Positions 51,606 to 64,000 of a stretch of 64,000 nt of DNA are shown in pieces. The notes beneath the pieces were generated by a model. That model ran no database searches and was not told where the DNA came from. It saw nothing but the letters and a program-made list of their open reading frames with translations. Position numbers and translations under genes: made by a program. Numbering within the stretch: position 1 is the stretch's first letter; every line of letters begins with the position of its first letter. The stretch is from Octopus sinensis (Eukaryota): assembly GCF_006345805.1 (NCBI RefSeq), contig NC_043002.1, forward strand, positions 54,622,001 through 54,686,000, read 5' to 3'.

Positions 51606-51955
51606 TGTTTTCATGGTTGTTGTCATTACCATCCCAATTATTATCGTTATTCTTACAGCTATGATTATTGTTAGCAGTCTTGTTACTAGTAGTTTACTCG
51701 TTGTAGGTGTGGTTATCGTTATTCATATCACTGTTGTCTTTGTCACACCAGCTAGTGGTGGTGGTGTAATCGCTGGTTCAAGTGTTGGGGTTTGTGGTCT
51801 TTGTATCTTTCGTTGTTGACCTCTCCGTTCTCATTTTTACTGCTGCTGCTATTCTGGGCCCTTAGTTTTTCGTGCTTGTCTTTGTATTCGTTCTTTAGTG
51901 TCGTTATTGTTACCGTTACTGTTGTTCTTAATGGTACCAATATTTGGTATGTTGA

Positions 51956-52187
51956 AGGTGGCGAGCTGGCAGAATCGTTAGCACGCCGGGCGAAATGCGT
52001 AGCCGTATTTCGTCTGCCGTTACGTTCTGAGTTCAAATTCCGCCGAGGTCGACTTTGCCTTTCATCCTTTCGGGGTCGATGAATTAAGTACCAATTACGC
52101 ACTGGGTTCGATGTAATCGACTTAATCCGTTTGTCTGTCCTTGTTTGTCCCTTCTGTGTTTAGCCCCTTGTGGGTAGTAAAGAAATA
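51956..52187 (+). mobile_element. SINE family 2, full-length young copy with 23-bp TSD
   Basis: Exact direct repeat ggtaccaatatttggtatgttga at 51933-51955 and 52188-52210. Confidence 0.95.
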
Positions 52188-53399
52188 GGTACCAATATTT
52201 GGTATGTTGACCCTCGCCTACATTTTCCTTTCTGTTGCTGCTGCTTCTGTTCTTGACCCTTACTTTAGTATTCTTGTATCTTTGTGTGTTCGTTTATGTT
52301 GTTGCCATCGTGACTGTTTGTTGGTTTGCACCATAACAGTAACTTCACAAACTGCTGCAACAGTATGAACAACATCATGTAGGCGAGAGGAAGATCAACA
52401 TACCAAATATTGGTACCATTAGGAACGACAATAACGTAACGTACCATTAGGTAACGACAACGATACTGTAAAGAACGAACACAGAAATACAGAATGACAC
52501 AACGACGCAGTAAAAGAAATGAGGACGGAGAGAAGGTCAACAGAACGAAAGATACACAGATCACAAACCCCAACACCACTAGAACCAGCGATGACACCAG
52601 CAGCGGCTGGAGTGACAAAGACAACAGTAACGTTAATAACGACAGCGACACCTACAATGAGAAAGCTAATAGTAATAAAGACTGATAACAATAATCGTAA
52701 CTATGACAGCTACATCGAAAACAAAGATGAAAACGTGCAAACCAACGCATTACTGACAACAATAGTACATATAGAAACATCACCGCCACCAACAACAGAC
52801 AACCAAGGAGATAGTAACTAAGGAAATGATAGGATAGAAAATAGTACAACAGATATGACACTACCTCGCTTCACATCCTATTTTTCAATCAATGTGAAAT
52901 GTCGTACGATATGAATCGCATTTATCCGACAACCCTACCTTTCAACAAAAGAATTTGTATCTCACATCAAACGACGAAATAGAAGCAAACTTCGCCATAG
53001 CTAGTACAAAATTTAGACTGATTTTGGAACAGTACACTAGAAGACAGTGGGAGATAGGCACGGCAACTCGATAAGAAATCCGCAAGTGGCTTGCATTATT
53101 TAAATTGTATAAATATTTGATTCGTCATTTATCTGTTGAAAGGTTTCGGCGGGTGAGGTGGAATATTCTGGAAACGCTACGATCACTTTAGTCTCACCAC
53201 AAACTCAAAGCAATTGTTTTTCTTAAACGAGGTCAACCGCTGATTCTTTATTCACAAAGGGACTAAATAGAGGGGACTGTATAGAACATTTCAAAGTGGG
53301 GTAAAATCGAATTTAAAAAATGATTATATTCGGAAAAAGATGAAATGACTGTTACCGGGCCCCACGACCCAAGTAACATCATTAAACATTTTTACTTTG

Positions 53400-54400
53400 C
53401 TTGAAGTCACTACAGTTTTTGTCATTTCTTTTCTTTTCACTTTTATTTTATGGGAGGGAGAGAACGAGCAGTTTTTTTTTTCTTTTTTTTTTTACCTTTT
53501 CCCGCCCAGCAACTTTTCACCATTACTTACCTCTGAAGACGTTGGTGTTAACGGTGTGTCATCTTTTGTCGTGACCATTTCTCTCTCCATCACCTCCTCC
53601 TGCTTCTCCCCTGGGACCTCCTCTTCACCTTTACTCCTGTTGCACACTGACCTCCTCTTGACTTTCTCCCTGTGCTTCAAGTTGTAGGGCCTGGGGGCAC
53701 GTTTTTCTTATGTACCCCTTCTGTCCGCATCCGAATTCTGCCCTGCACGGTGACTTTTAACTTCGTTTCATCCGGAAAAATTACGAATTCCGGTATATCA
53801 TCAATGTCTGCTGGTATGGCTTGAATAGTTACTCTTAAGCCTCTGCCACACCAATTCTGAACACTTCTCTCCTCAAACTCCCAAAGTGTCACCTCCTTTG
53901 TTGGCGAAGGCGGCTGGCAGGAGCTATGTCAGTTTAATTTTTGATGCGAACCCTTCTATTGTTATTTTTGTTCTTTTGCCGAGGTATGTCGGCAAAAGAG
54001 ACAGTTCTTTGGTCTGCAGGGTAAGTAGACCCTGGCATCATTCTCAGCTATAATCTGAGCCTCACCGTACCATATTTCCTTCCTCGTCTCACAGATGCTA
54101 GTTTGTACATAATAGGCTTCAATGCTTTCTAAGGATGCTATCTCTATCTTTTTAGTCTTCAGCGAGAGCGTCCTTTTGTGGGGAGCTAACCTTACGTTAG
54201 CTCCCTCTCAGCAAAAAATTGTTTGAAATTTCTTTATAGCCTCCGGCTTGATGTTGAACCGTTTCAATCATATCCTTCCGTGCTTTCTCTTGAATCGCGG
54301 GTGCATTCCGAGTCTCCGTCGCTCTTTCAGAGCTCGTACATATCGTCTTCCATTTTGTGTAGGAACACCCTATACAAAATGTAAACAATTCGCCGCTAAA
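53400..54400 (-). mobile_element. ORF1 relic C
   Basis: RTLSLKTKKIEIASLE...LSLLPTYLGKR...NWCGRGLRVTIQA...FVIFPDETKLKVTVQGR..CGQKGYIRKTCP, frameshifted. Confidence 0.7.
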
Positions 54401-55629
54401 CGGGGGAAAACAGCAGGAAACAAGCCTGTGAAGGCCAACAATATGTCGCAAGATACTAACAGTTCTTAAACAATTTATCAACAAAGGTCGTCCCAAAAGG
54501 GAAAACCTGCAACAAAAATCAACGGTAATTCAACAATAGATTTTTGATAATAAATATAAATAACCGTAACACGAAATGAAATCAACTGTACAATGACAAC
54601 TGCAATATCGCTTTTCCATTCTCAGTTATGAATATATTGCATTCACTTTTAAAAGGTGGTACGTCATATGCTTCAAGAATTTGGAACATTCTTTTTCTAT
54701 GTGTGGAATCGAATATCTTTTGAAAAATAATGAATATTAATGCTAATGGCAAATTCTTTCAAACTCTCGATGATTCTCCTTAGAACTAAAATGCTTGATA
54801 GTGGAGCATGATTTTTGAAAACCACATTAAGTCCAGCTCAGTAAAGGGTCTATACATGCTTGTATAATATTTAGTATCAGCTTATCATATAATTTTGATG
54901 CAATAGTTTAAGCTAATACCCCTCTGGTGCGAAAGCATGAAAGCAGTGGTAGTCTTCGGAAGAAAGCACTTAGTTAACCAATACCACCAATTGTAGCATT
55001 GGAGTTCTTTATAGTCGACGATGTAATGAGTGTAAAAATCTGAGTTAAGCTGATAGTATTTTATACCTTTTTGTATGAGCTTATCTTGAACGTGTACAAT
55101 ATCTAAATTATGCTCTATTGCTGAGATTAGAAATTCATTTATGCGGGAATCTTTTGTTATTGCATGAGCATTGTGTTGTCACTGAATACGTTTTATTGCA
55201 ATTTAAGTTTTCTAGATTTCTATAAAGAATTAACATCAATGACCACCTTTCCAGTTGGATTTGGGATGGCACGTCATAATTTGGACAATAAATTTATCCT
55301 TTCAATTTTCAAGAAATCTAGAATTGCTAGAGTGTTTTTACCCTAGTGTTTTTAGTGTCATAACTTTTTGTGTGCAAGAATAGTATCAGCTGGTTGAAAG
55401 TCCTCGCTGAATGGCTTTTATTTCAGAGATTTCCTTCTAGATCGGTTGTCTTCATTACGACTATTGAGCACCATCTAGCCTTGCAGATTTTAATGTTATC
55501 TTCTAGATATTGTACGGGATGGCCGTTAATTCTCCCAAATTTCTTTGCCCCATCTTGATTTTTTTCAGTGTCTAAAAATCCTCACTAAGAACGCTTGATG
55601 GGGTTACCGGTTTAGTCGCCGATGACCCA

Positions 55630-56500
55630 ACTATGCAACAGATTGCACTGGGCTCATGCTACCAGTATCACTCGATCGATCTCGCAACTATGAAAACACA
55701 GCCCAGGTGATAACCTCTGATGGCAAAACCTATTTTTCAGTATTTTTGCAGGTATATTTCAAGGTGATACATCAGTTCCATTTTCGCTCTGGCTTCTTTA
55801 TTGAAAGAAGTATTTAAAATCTCTAGAGACCATGGAATTGTTATAGAACTTAGAAGGGAGACCAAGTGTCTAGAGATACTAGATACGATTTGGCTTATGA
55901 CGACACTGCACTGATCAATGAATCATGGCAGCTAGCGAGGAATATATTACATTGTATTCAACATACAGCGAATTTAATTGGTTTACATCTTAATGCAAGA
56001 AAAACAGACGTAAAATCTTTTAATGGTCAAATCATTAACCGGGTGGATCAATTTAAATATTTAGGCAAGAATGATTTTAATGTAAGGAAAGGATTGGTAT
56101 GGGCTGCAATAAATAAGCTGGACAAAATATGGAAGTCTAACATGGACAGAAAACTGAAACTTAGACTTTTAAGCGCATGTGTAGAACGTATTCTGCTATA
56201 CAACTCGGTAACTTGGACTATAACATGAAACTTAAAAATAAAAATTGATGGATTATATACTAGCTATTGAGAATAATTTTTAACACCAGTTGGAAAGATC
56301 ATATAACCAACAGGGCTTCCACGGCTATCACACCATTCGACAGAGAAGATTGCCCTTTGCTGACCTTTGTCACAAACTAGAGAACCAACCGGTTTCTAAG
56401 CTTTTATTTTGGTCGCCATCAGGAGGTCGGTGGCGCAGAGGAGCAGGAATAAAGACCTTTCCAAAAATGCTTAGAAAGGATAGATATAAGCTCAGACGTC
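55630..56500 (+). mobile_element. RTE-clade LINE RT 3' fragment
   Basis: YENT.AQVITSDG, AGIFQGDT, DLAYDD.ALI, IGLHLNARKT, VDQFKYLG, ILLYNSVTWT. Confidence 0.8.
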
Positions 56501-56503
56501 TGA

Positions 56504-56537
<34 letters not shown>

Positions 56538-57409
56538 TCACACTTAGTTACTTGACTTTATACATATTAGTTTCTGACGTATATCAGGAATTTATATAAG
56601 AATAAAACAGTTCTTGATTTGGATTTTGCTTTTATTGAAGTCGGTCAAACTATATGTCCGGTTGTATAAAATCTTATTTCAGTTCTGTAAATCAAATATT
56701 GGACGGTTGTTATTGATGGCTTCTTTTAAAGATCATACTGTATACTGGATATTTAGTTTGCTTGTCCTTGGAAATTCTCCAAATGTTTCGTTGCTTGTGA
56801 TATTTATCCCTCTCACTGTCAGTCACACTTGCCGTTTCACTAGCATATTTAATGTCTAGTCGTTCTAAGGATCAGTTATAGCAGTTTAGTTTTTTTTGTT
56901 TTTCTTATATTGTTGAGTTGAAGCATTGAAGACAGATCTGAGGTAGGCACTGGTGGAAATATGTTGACTGCATGGCTTGGTTTGAAATGCTAGATCTCAA
57001 AATAGTCGAATACGATATTACTGTATTTCTTTCTTATAGGCTTACAAAATGAACTGTTTATAAAATTTTTCATTCATACAGGCAAAAATATTTACATTTA
57101 TTTTCGGAAAAAATTCCGTCGGCACAGTTCTCAATTTATAGTATGGAAATCAGGGAGAAAATAGGTTTCACGTTACAACCTGGTGGATTTTGAAGAACAC
57201 AGGTTCCGTAACTTGGATGTCTATATTTTCATTCTCGAAGATAACTATATTACGTGAAATTTTTCTGAAAATAAAAAAAAATGAACTTCCTTCATGCATC
57301 TCGGCTTCTAACTTTGTAATCAAGGTGGAATGGAAATAGCTTTTTAGTTACCGAATTCTTTTATTCCAAGAAACGACAAAATAAATTCCTATCAAGCATT
57401 GAAGCCTAA

Positions 57410-57950
57410 TTAATCGATAACTTTCTTTAGCCCTTTACTCCCTATTGAACTTAGGCCATCGACAACTTTTCTCCACAGTTCTCGGCTCTGTGTTACCTTT
57501 CCTGCTTCTCTCCAGTTGGGGCCCTGCCTTTCCAGCTCTGCATCTATATCCTTCCTCCAGGTATTTGTTTTTGTTGTGGTGGTGGAGGGGATGTCCCCCT
57601 CTCCCACCTCTTTATGGGTTCCAGGTCAGGACCTAACGTGTAATGAAAGATTTTGGTTTTTGATTTTAAGCTGTGGCTTAGGAAACCTTTCGAGTTTTGT
57701 CACACTGTCATGTTTCTCCCCTGAAGGAAGGCTCTCTTTTTGGTTTTCAATTGTCATCGACGCTTCTGTGACTACTTTTTTTTTTTTTTACCTCTGGGGA
57801 GAATTTGGTCCATATTAGTCTGGCCTCTACCCAACATATTTGTCCTACCAGGATCTTGCACTTCCCTGGCATAGCTCTCAGGCTCATTGAGGCACACACA
57901 CCTGCACGTAGTAACAAGGACTGGACCTTGTCAACTAATCGGCAACACCG
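57410..57950 (-). mobile_element. RTE (BovB-like) LINE 3' fragment
   Basis: RTNMDQIL, WNP, KTNTWRKDIDAEL...NWREAGKVTQSRELWRKVVDGLSSIG. Confidence 0.6.
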
Positions 57951-58559
57951 CTCATCTATACTATCTTTGTGCAAATATTAACGATCGTATTGGCAATTGT
58001 AGTAATTCTGTCAGGACACCTACTGATACTTCCAAATTTGTTCTGTTTTTTTTTTACATTTTCTGATTATCCAATTCTTGCTAATCAATAACCGTTTGGT
58101 TAGAAGCAGCAGTAGCACTAATTCTTCAATGTCAGATTATATTGCTACCATTTTAGTCAATGTCTAATTCGTTGAATTGCTTTCTACATTTTATTGAAGT
58201 GGGGTAATTGAGTAATTATCTCCTCCAGGCGTTTACTTCTGTGGCTGGTGCGAAGGTTGTAAAACGCTTTACTGTTTAACCAGAAATTAGTTCTGCTCGA
58301 GCAGACGCATGATCGAGGGCTTTCTAACTATGACCATTCCACTTTGTTTTTAGCCTCTCTCTGATTACATTATCTAACGAGTTATCACTTTTAAAATTTT
58401 GTGATTTTTTTTTTTTTTTTTTTTTTTTGTACGGAATATTAAGTTACCGATGCAGCAGATCTCTATACCACTATTGCTCAAGACAAGGACTAGAAGCCGA
58501 TACTGTTTGTCACTAACGATATTTGTAAGGTTTGCCAGAACAAAGTATAAAATAGACTA

Positions 58560-59700
58560 AGTCGTTGTTACCTTTTCAGGAGAGCGGGGTGTATTATTTT
58601 CCTCCGTTTCGTCAATTATTGCTTTTGTTGGTATATCCTCCTCTTCTTCCGTAGTTGGTGGTGGGGGCAATCTTTTTTCCTTTCTCTTCTGGGGGAGGTT
58701 TGCATTCTGCTCTGATGTAGCCCTTTTTGCCACATTTAAAGCAGCACGGCTTCTTCCCCTCTACCGTTACGATGAGTCTTGTTTCGCCAATCTGAATTAT
58801 CTCCGCCAATTCTTCTAAATCGACAGGGACTGCTTAAATAGCCATCTCAAGCCCTTCTCCCTGTCAATTTTGGTTATCAAACGCTGTTGCTTGGAGGATC
58901 GGGATTTTGTCCTTTCAGCCCATAATCGAAGCTGCCACCAGCCAATTTGGGTCGACTTCGAGTGGTATGCCTTTGATCTTTATTTTTGAATTTCTTCTTC
59001 CTAAGTACATGGATAGAAGAATTCGTCCATTTTTAAGGTATTGGTCGAATGAAACTTTGCTTTTTACCTCTGTTACAGATCTCACTCTACGGCGCCGAAC
59101 TTCTTAACCCAAGTTATGCAAGTGATATCAGACAAAATTGGCCCTAGGCACTTTTCCACTGCTTGGTTTGTTGCTTTGACGATTCTTTTACTTTTAATTA
59201 TGCACGTCTTATATATCACTGGTTGTGTTTGTTGCTTGTGTTATTTCACTGGGAGGGGCTACTTGCACTACCAGACCCTCCTTTTTCAACATTACTTTGA
59301 ACTTTAGGATCTTGGTAAGGTCGGTGTTAAGATTCCTCTTTTAATATCTACCGCTGCGGCAAAATTAATTTTCTCAGGGGATGTCAGTGACATTATCATT
59401 GTTGCTGTGTCTAGTTTTGCTTTGTTCAGAATCTATTGAGTCACACATTTCTTTTTTTGAAACGATGTATTAGGCTTACGCCTCACAGAAAGAGTTGGAC
59501 AAACTGCCCCACTAAATAAAGGCTAAATGCCGCGTTAATTTAAATTCACAAAACAATAATTCCCCCTTCAAACAAGGGGGAATAATAACAAAAAGACTGC
59601 CACGCGCAGTTATCACAGTTTTTCAACAAACAGGATGTAACAGATAAATAATAACAAAAGTTACTATAGACACTCACTGATATTCCACACAACAATCAGG
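58560..59700 (-). mobile_element. ORF1 relic D with putative 5' UTR
   Basis: KKFGAVE...YLGRRNSKIKIKGIPLEVDPNWLVAA...RLIVTVEGKKPCCFKCGKKGYIRAECKP; candidate ATG at 59448. Confidence 0.75.
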
Positions 59701-59737
59701 TAAAAGCTGATACGCTCTCTTCTTTTCAAATGTTCTC

Positions 59738-61990
59738 TTAATTCTTTATTGTCCACAAGGGGCCAAACATAGAAGGAACATTACAAAGGACAGGAGCCGA
59801 GATAAACACAATTATGAATATAAATCAAATAAAAATTTATATATAAGAATGACGAAGACAAACAGTAACACAATGAAGTGGGGGGCGGGTTCTGCTTTGG
59901 CCCCGCAATCCCCGATCCGCTACTGCGACCTTTGAAAAACTTTATGGACATTATTATGCGGAATCATTCACTCTCACCATTCCTGCAACATCATTCCATC
60001 TTATATATACATCATTCTTATATACATCCGGAGACAGGCACTCCTTCACCCTTATTTTCGTTCTCAAATGGAAAGTAGGAAACCTCACCAACCCAAGGCT
60101 GGAAATGAAAGTGCCTGTCACGATTCCTTTCACACAGGTTTTCCACACTAACTCTTTCGCTATAGTTACTACAGTGAGAAAACAAGCCTTACCTTTGTCA
60201 AAGGAGGAAGAGGGAACATTTTTTATGATCTATACGGAAAACAGCTGTACTCTTCCTTGTCGTGACAACAGATGTTCAACGTAAACTCACATTTCTGTAT
60301 TTTTTGGGCATTGCACAATCGCGTGCAGAACGGTATCCCTGTCCTGCTCGCATCTTGGGCACAAGGGTGAACAGGAGCCACCATGCTTTGCGAGTTTATC
60401 GCGAACGGGTAACGCACCTCGGAAACATTGCCAGGTCAGAGATCTCTACAAGTTATCCAAAGACCCTGGCCTGAACGTTCTACGGAACAGGCTGGCTAAC
60501 TGATTTTCATCGAAGCCCAGAGTCTCCCACAGGCCATCATCATTCCTATCTTCTACCAACCTTCTTACAGTCTTCTGAAAAATACATAGTCTCTTCTTTT
60601 CACCCCGTACCGTTTTTTTTTTTCTAGTTCTTTTTCCTTATCCGAGTCTATCTCCTTTCTTATTAACCCAAATACTTTAATCAGTTCATCTTCAAATTCT
60701 CTCACTTGTTTTTCCGTAAAAAGCACCTCCGCATACCCTTCCTCATCTCAACTATCCGGCAGTTCAACTTTACCCCAGTCCCTCAATATTTCCAACAGTT
60801 CCTCTTCTTCCTTGTCTAATAAACCTATAACTGGAGGGGAATTTTGAAAGCTGTTCTGTGTGTCTATTTTTTGTTTTCTTGTTGGCAGGGAGTGGGTAGG
60901 TTTTGTGTCTGCAGGGGAAGGATGGGACGAAGAGGGTGTGGGTGGTACTGGAGTGGGTTGGGGCTCATTATAACTTCTTTTTCTCTTCTTCCTTTTACCA
61001 TTGGTTTCCCATTCTGCTTTATTTTCTATCTTTTCTTCTGTCTCTCTCTGTTCCTCTTGCAGCTCCCGGGTATCTTCTATCTCTTTTATGGGTTCCTTCG
61101 CTGGTAGAGGGCAGTTAGCTCTTATGTGGCATTTCAGGCCTCATTTAAAACATCGAGGAGCTCTGCCCTCCACCCATACTCGTAGACTTATGTTTCCCAA
61201 CGTGATTACCTCCGTCAGGCGCTCCAGGACTTCAGTTTCCGCTTGGATGCTCATCTCTAATATTCCTCCCTTCCAGTTTCCTTCACCCGTAATCGTAGCT
61301 TGCAGTATATCCACCTTATCCTCATTGACAATGAGGATGGCTGCTACTACCCATTCAGCTTCTACGACGGGCAGGATTCCTTCCACCCTGATTCTAGACG
61401 TCTTCCTGCCAAGATACGAGGGCAGAAGGAATACTTTTCTCTTCTGATAGTCCTTGCTGCCATCCTTCTAGCGACTGTCTCCGACTCGAACTGCACAACA
61501 ACAGTACCATATTTATTCCCTCGTGTCAGGAATATTACCTTTTCTGCTGTTGTCCTTAATGCCTCCCCCACGATTTCCATTCCAACTGTTTCCATTTTTC
61601 TTTTATCAGTTTTAAACACCTTGTACGTTATGTTTTTCCTTTCAAAAACCTTCATCGTTTTCCTTGGCAGAGACAATTCTACGTCACCGCCTACCTTTTT
61701 CACCCATTTTTGGCCATCCAGTAACTTAGCATGGTCAACCTCTTTGCTTGTTGGTTTCATTGCTCCTGCAAAGCTCCTTCTTCCTTCCAGCGCCATATCC
61801 AGTCTATTGACCGCTCTCGCCAGTTCCTCCTCCGAAGTCGACAGGTCCGACTCACTGATGTCAGAATACCTGTTCCTTCTTGCCATTTCTCAAAAACACC
61901 ACCGCTGCGAACAGCAAAAATCCAAAACAATTACACAAATACAACCGCTAACCATTCAACTTACATAGACGAAAAAACGTGAAACATCAC
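59738..61990 (-). mobile_element. Internally deleted Tx1/L1 element E: ORF1 joined to the ORF2 3' end, EN and RT missing
   Basis: ORF1 from 61886 (MARRNRYSD...GNKYGTVVVQF...VWVEGRAPRCFK); at ~60541 switches to sequence homologous to 45220-45780; tail ggccccttgtggacaataaag. Confidence 0.8.
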
Positions 61991-62129
61991 ACACGGCGTG
62001 CTGACGATTCTGCAACCTAGCCGACTTAATGTACTATAACACCACCAAACGAGCTGATAACACGGACAAGAAAAAAAACTATTATATATAAATCCTTCAA
62101 CTCAGAGAAAAAAGTTTGAGCATCTGGAA

Positions 62130-62510
62130 GAATCTACTATTGAAAGATGCCTCGGGCCAATGTTAAACGAAATCAAATACTGGCAAGAGGTTCAAGGTTC
62201 GCAACAATCGAAGCACGATTCGAGTCGGCTGAGAAGGCTAAGGACTTCTAGATTCGAATCGTGCAAAGCGGGAATATTCTACTTCTGCCCTTATATTTGG
62301 GCAGAAGAACTTCTCGAATTAAAATAAAAAATATACCGCCAGAGGTGGGGGCGGCGTGGATTGCAGCTACTATTCTCTTCGGCCAGGAAGAAAAAAAATA
62401 AATATTATCCAGTTCTCCAGAGACGCCCCGCAAACTCTGGAGATCTTGGTGCAGGCTTCTTTTGAAGATTTAGAAAGCCTCCCCGAGACACACATTGGGG
62501 AATTCGATAA
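62130..62510 (+). mobile_element. ORF1 relic F (internal fragment)
   Basis: LLLPLYLGRRTSRIKIKNIPPEVGAAWIAATILFGQEEKINIIQ, homologous to relics A, C, D and E. Confidence 0.7.
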
Positions 62511-62849
62511 GAGTTTAAGTACGAACCAGACGAAGGAAATGCCTTCGAGGCTAACTATACTCACACTCCCTTCACAATATCCTGCCACTTATTGTATTTG
62601 AACCCCAAGGGTATGTCCTGTCACTTGTCACCATCCATATCTCTCTTCCTTTACTCAACCATCCCATTTATATTCTGATCCCTGTTCCTTGTAAGTATGC
62701 CCAGCATTTTGCCACCATCTCTATCCTGCGATCTGCCACTCTCTTCTTCCCTCAAGTTGGGTAACCATGTATTTCCTTTGTGGTAGTGCACATGTTTCTG
62801 TCTTCATTCCTGATCTCTCTCTTTCTGGCTGAGTAACTTTGTACCTCCT

Positions 62850-63260
62850 CTACAGCAAGACACCTGTTTCTGTCTCACTATAACTCTTCATCATCCAACA
62901 CAAGATCACCTCCGATAATGCCCCCTCCCCTCTCAAAAGAGCTTTCTTTTTGTCGTGCAAGTACTTGGTGACCCTGTCAGTGCAGGTGTCACTTAAAAGT
63001 ATCCAATCTACACTATTAAGTGGTTGGTGTTCAGAAGGGGCATCCAACTGTAAAAACCTTGCCAAAACTGACCTCACCTGTACATGTGCCACATAAAAAG
63101 CACTAAGTCCACTCTGCTGAGTGGTTGGTGTTAGGAAGGGCACCCAGCTGTAAAAAAAATCCTGCCAAAACAGTCACAGGTGCAGGCTTTTGCCTGGCTG
63201 GCTCGTGAAACCGTCCCACCCATGCTAGCATGGAAGGCGGATGTTAAACAATGATGATGA
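62850..63260 (+). mobile_element. Retroposon 3' UTR (RTE-like) with an internal ~100-bp tandem duplication and (GAT)n tail
   Basis: Two copies of gtg.cac.taaaa...agtggttggtgtt..gaagggca.cca.ctgtaaaaa...tgccaaaac; ends gttaaacaatgatgatgat. Confidence 0.6.
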
Positions 63261-63630
63261 TATATAGTATGTATATATCTATATCTATATATAAATACAT
63301 AAAATTTATTTTTTCATAATGAGATAAATAAAACCAAGGCTGTGTGTGTTTCTTATTGAACATTTTCGGATTTTTGGAAGTTTTCCCAGAATCTAAGATG
63401 TGAAATTAATACATATTGTACACATTTATCTATATACATATTACATATTTACATTTCCCCAATCACCCTGCAAAGCCATTAAAAAAATCAATGGAAGTGG
63501 CTTTTTTGTGAATTTTCTATCCAAAACCCAATCAAAATGCCCGAAACTTGATACGCCAATTGAATGCCAGCTAGCCGTATGTGAATGGTCGGAGATTTGG
63601 ACAGTACTCGTGTGTATGTGCTAATGCATG

Positions 63631-63892
63631 CACTATCACTATGACCCGGCATTGCCGGTCATAGTGCTAGTTATTATTATTAAGGTGGTGGGCTGGTAGA
63701 ATTGTTGGTACGCCAGGTAAAAGTGCTTAGCAGCATTTTGTCAGTCTTTATGTTCTGAGCTCAGTTTTGCCTTTTGTTCTTTCAAAGTTGATGTTAATCA
63801 ATTTATACCCTGAACTTGCTGGCCTTGCATCAAAATTTGAAACCATTATTATACTAGCACTATGACCCGGTGTTGTCTGGTCTAGTGCTAGT
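63631..63892 (+). repeat. Two ~40-bp hairpin units ending in CTAGT (Helitron-end-like) flanking a SINE family 2 remnant
   Basis: 63637-63671 cactatgacc-cggcattgcc-ggtcatagtg-ctagt; 63853-63892 actagcacta-tgacc...ggtc-tagtgctagt. Confidence 0.5.
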
Positions 63893-64000
63893 CAAGCATA
63901 TTTGGTCTTCCATGAAAATCCACTCTCTTGTCATTCACTTGGTCTAACTCGTTAATTATTCCCTCCATTTCTCAAATCAAAAAAGTGTGCACGTTTGAAA

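Noticed and set aside
54181-54207. Perfect 10-bp hairpin gggagctaac/gttagctccc as a terminator
   Set aside because: Lies inside the coding region of ORF1 relic C in a eukaryotic context; probably a chance or deletion-junction palindrome.
57747-57974. 75-aa ORF resembling an exon with a GT donor
   Set aside because: An alternative frame gives RTE-type C-terminal motifs continuous with the 57410-57620 fragment.
50690-62510. Uniform strand bias as proof of a piRNA cluster
   Set aside because: Most relics are on the minus strand but several are on plus; too few elements for a claim without small-RNA data.

Overview
AT-rich, microsatellite-dense eukaryotic DNA with a repeat landscape typical of an octopus (coleoid cephalopod) genome; the taxon is inferred from recalled SINE sequences, not from a search. 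I found no intact protein-coding gene; the window reads as intronic or intergenic and is mostly transposable-element debris. It holds a frameshifted Neptune-type Penelope-like element (RT + GIY-YIG, ~25.0-28.2 kb) and other Penelope fragments, two decayed Tx1/L1-clade LINEs, six divergent zinc-knuckle ORF1 relics packed into 46.5-62.5 kb, and RTE fragments. It also holds Tc1, Tigger/pogo and Merlin transposase pseudogenes, several fold-back MITEs and many tRNA-derived SINEs. Top leads: (1) minimal hammerhead-ribozyme-like motifs in Penelope termini, including non-canonical cores and one with an apparent compensatory G3:C8 swap; (2) ORF1-only (HAL1-like) non-autonomous retroelements; (3) a 3' stem-loop + AATAAA tail shared by a Tx1 LINE, its deletion derivative and a young SINE. 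Boundaries were read by eye and are approximate unless exact motif coordinates are quoted.
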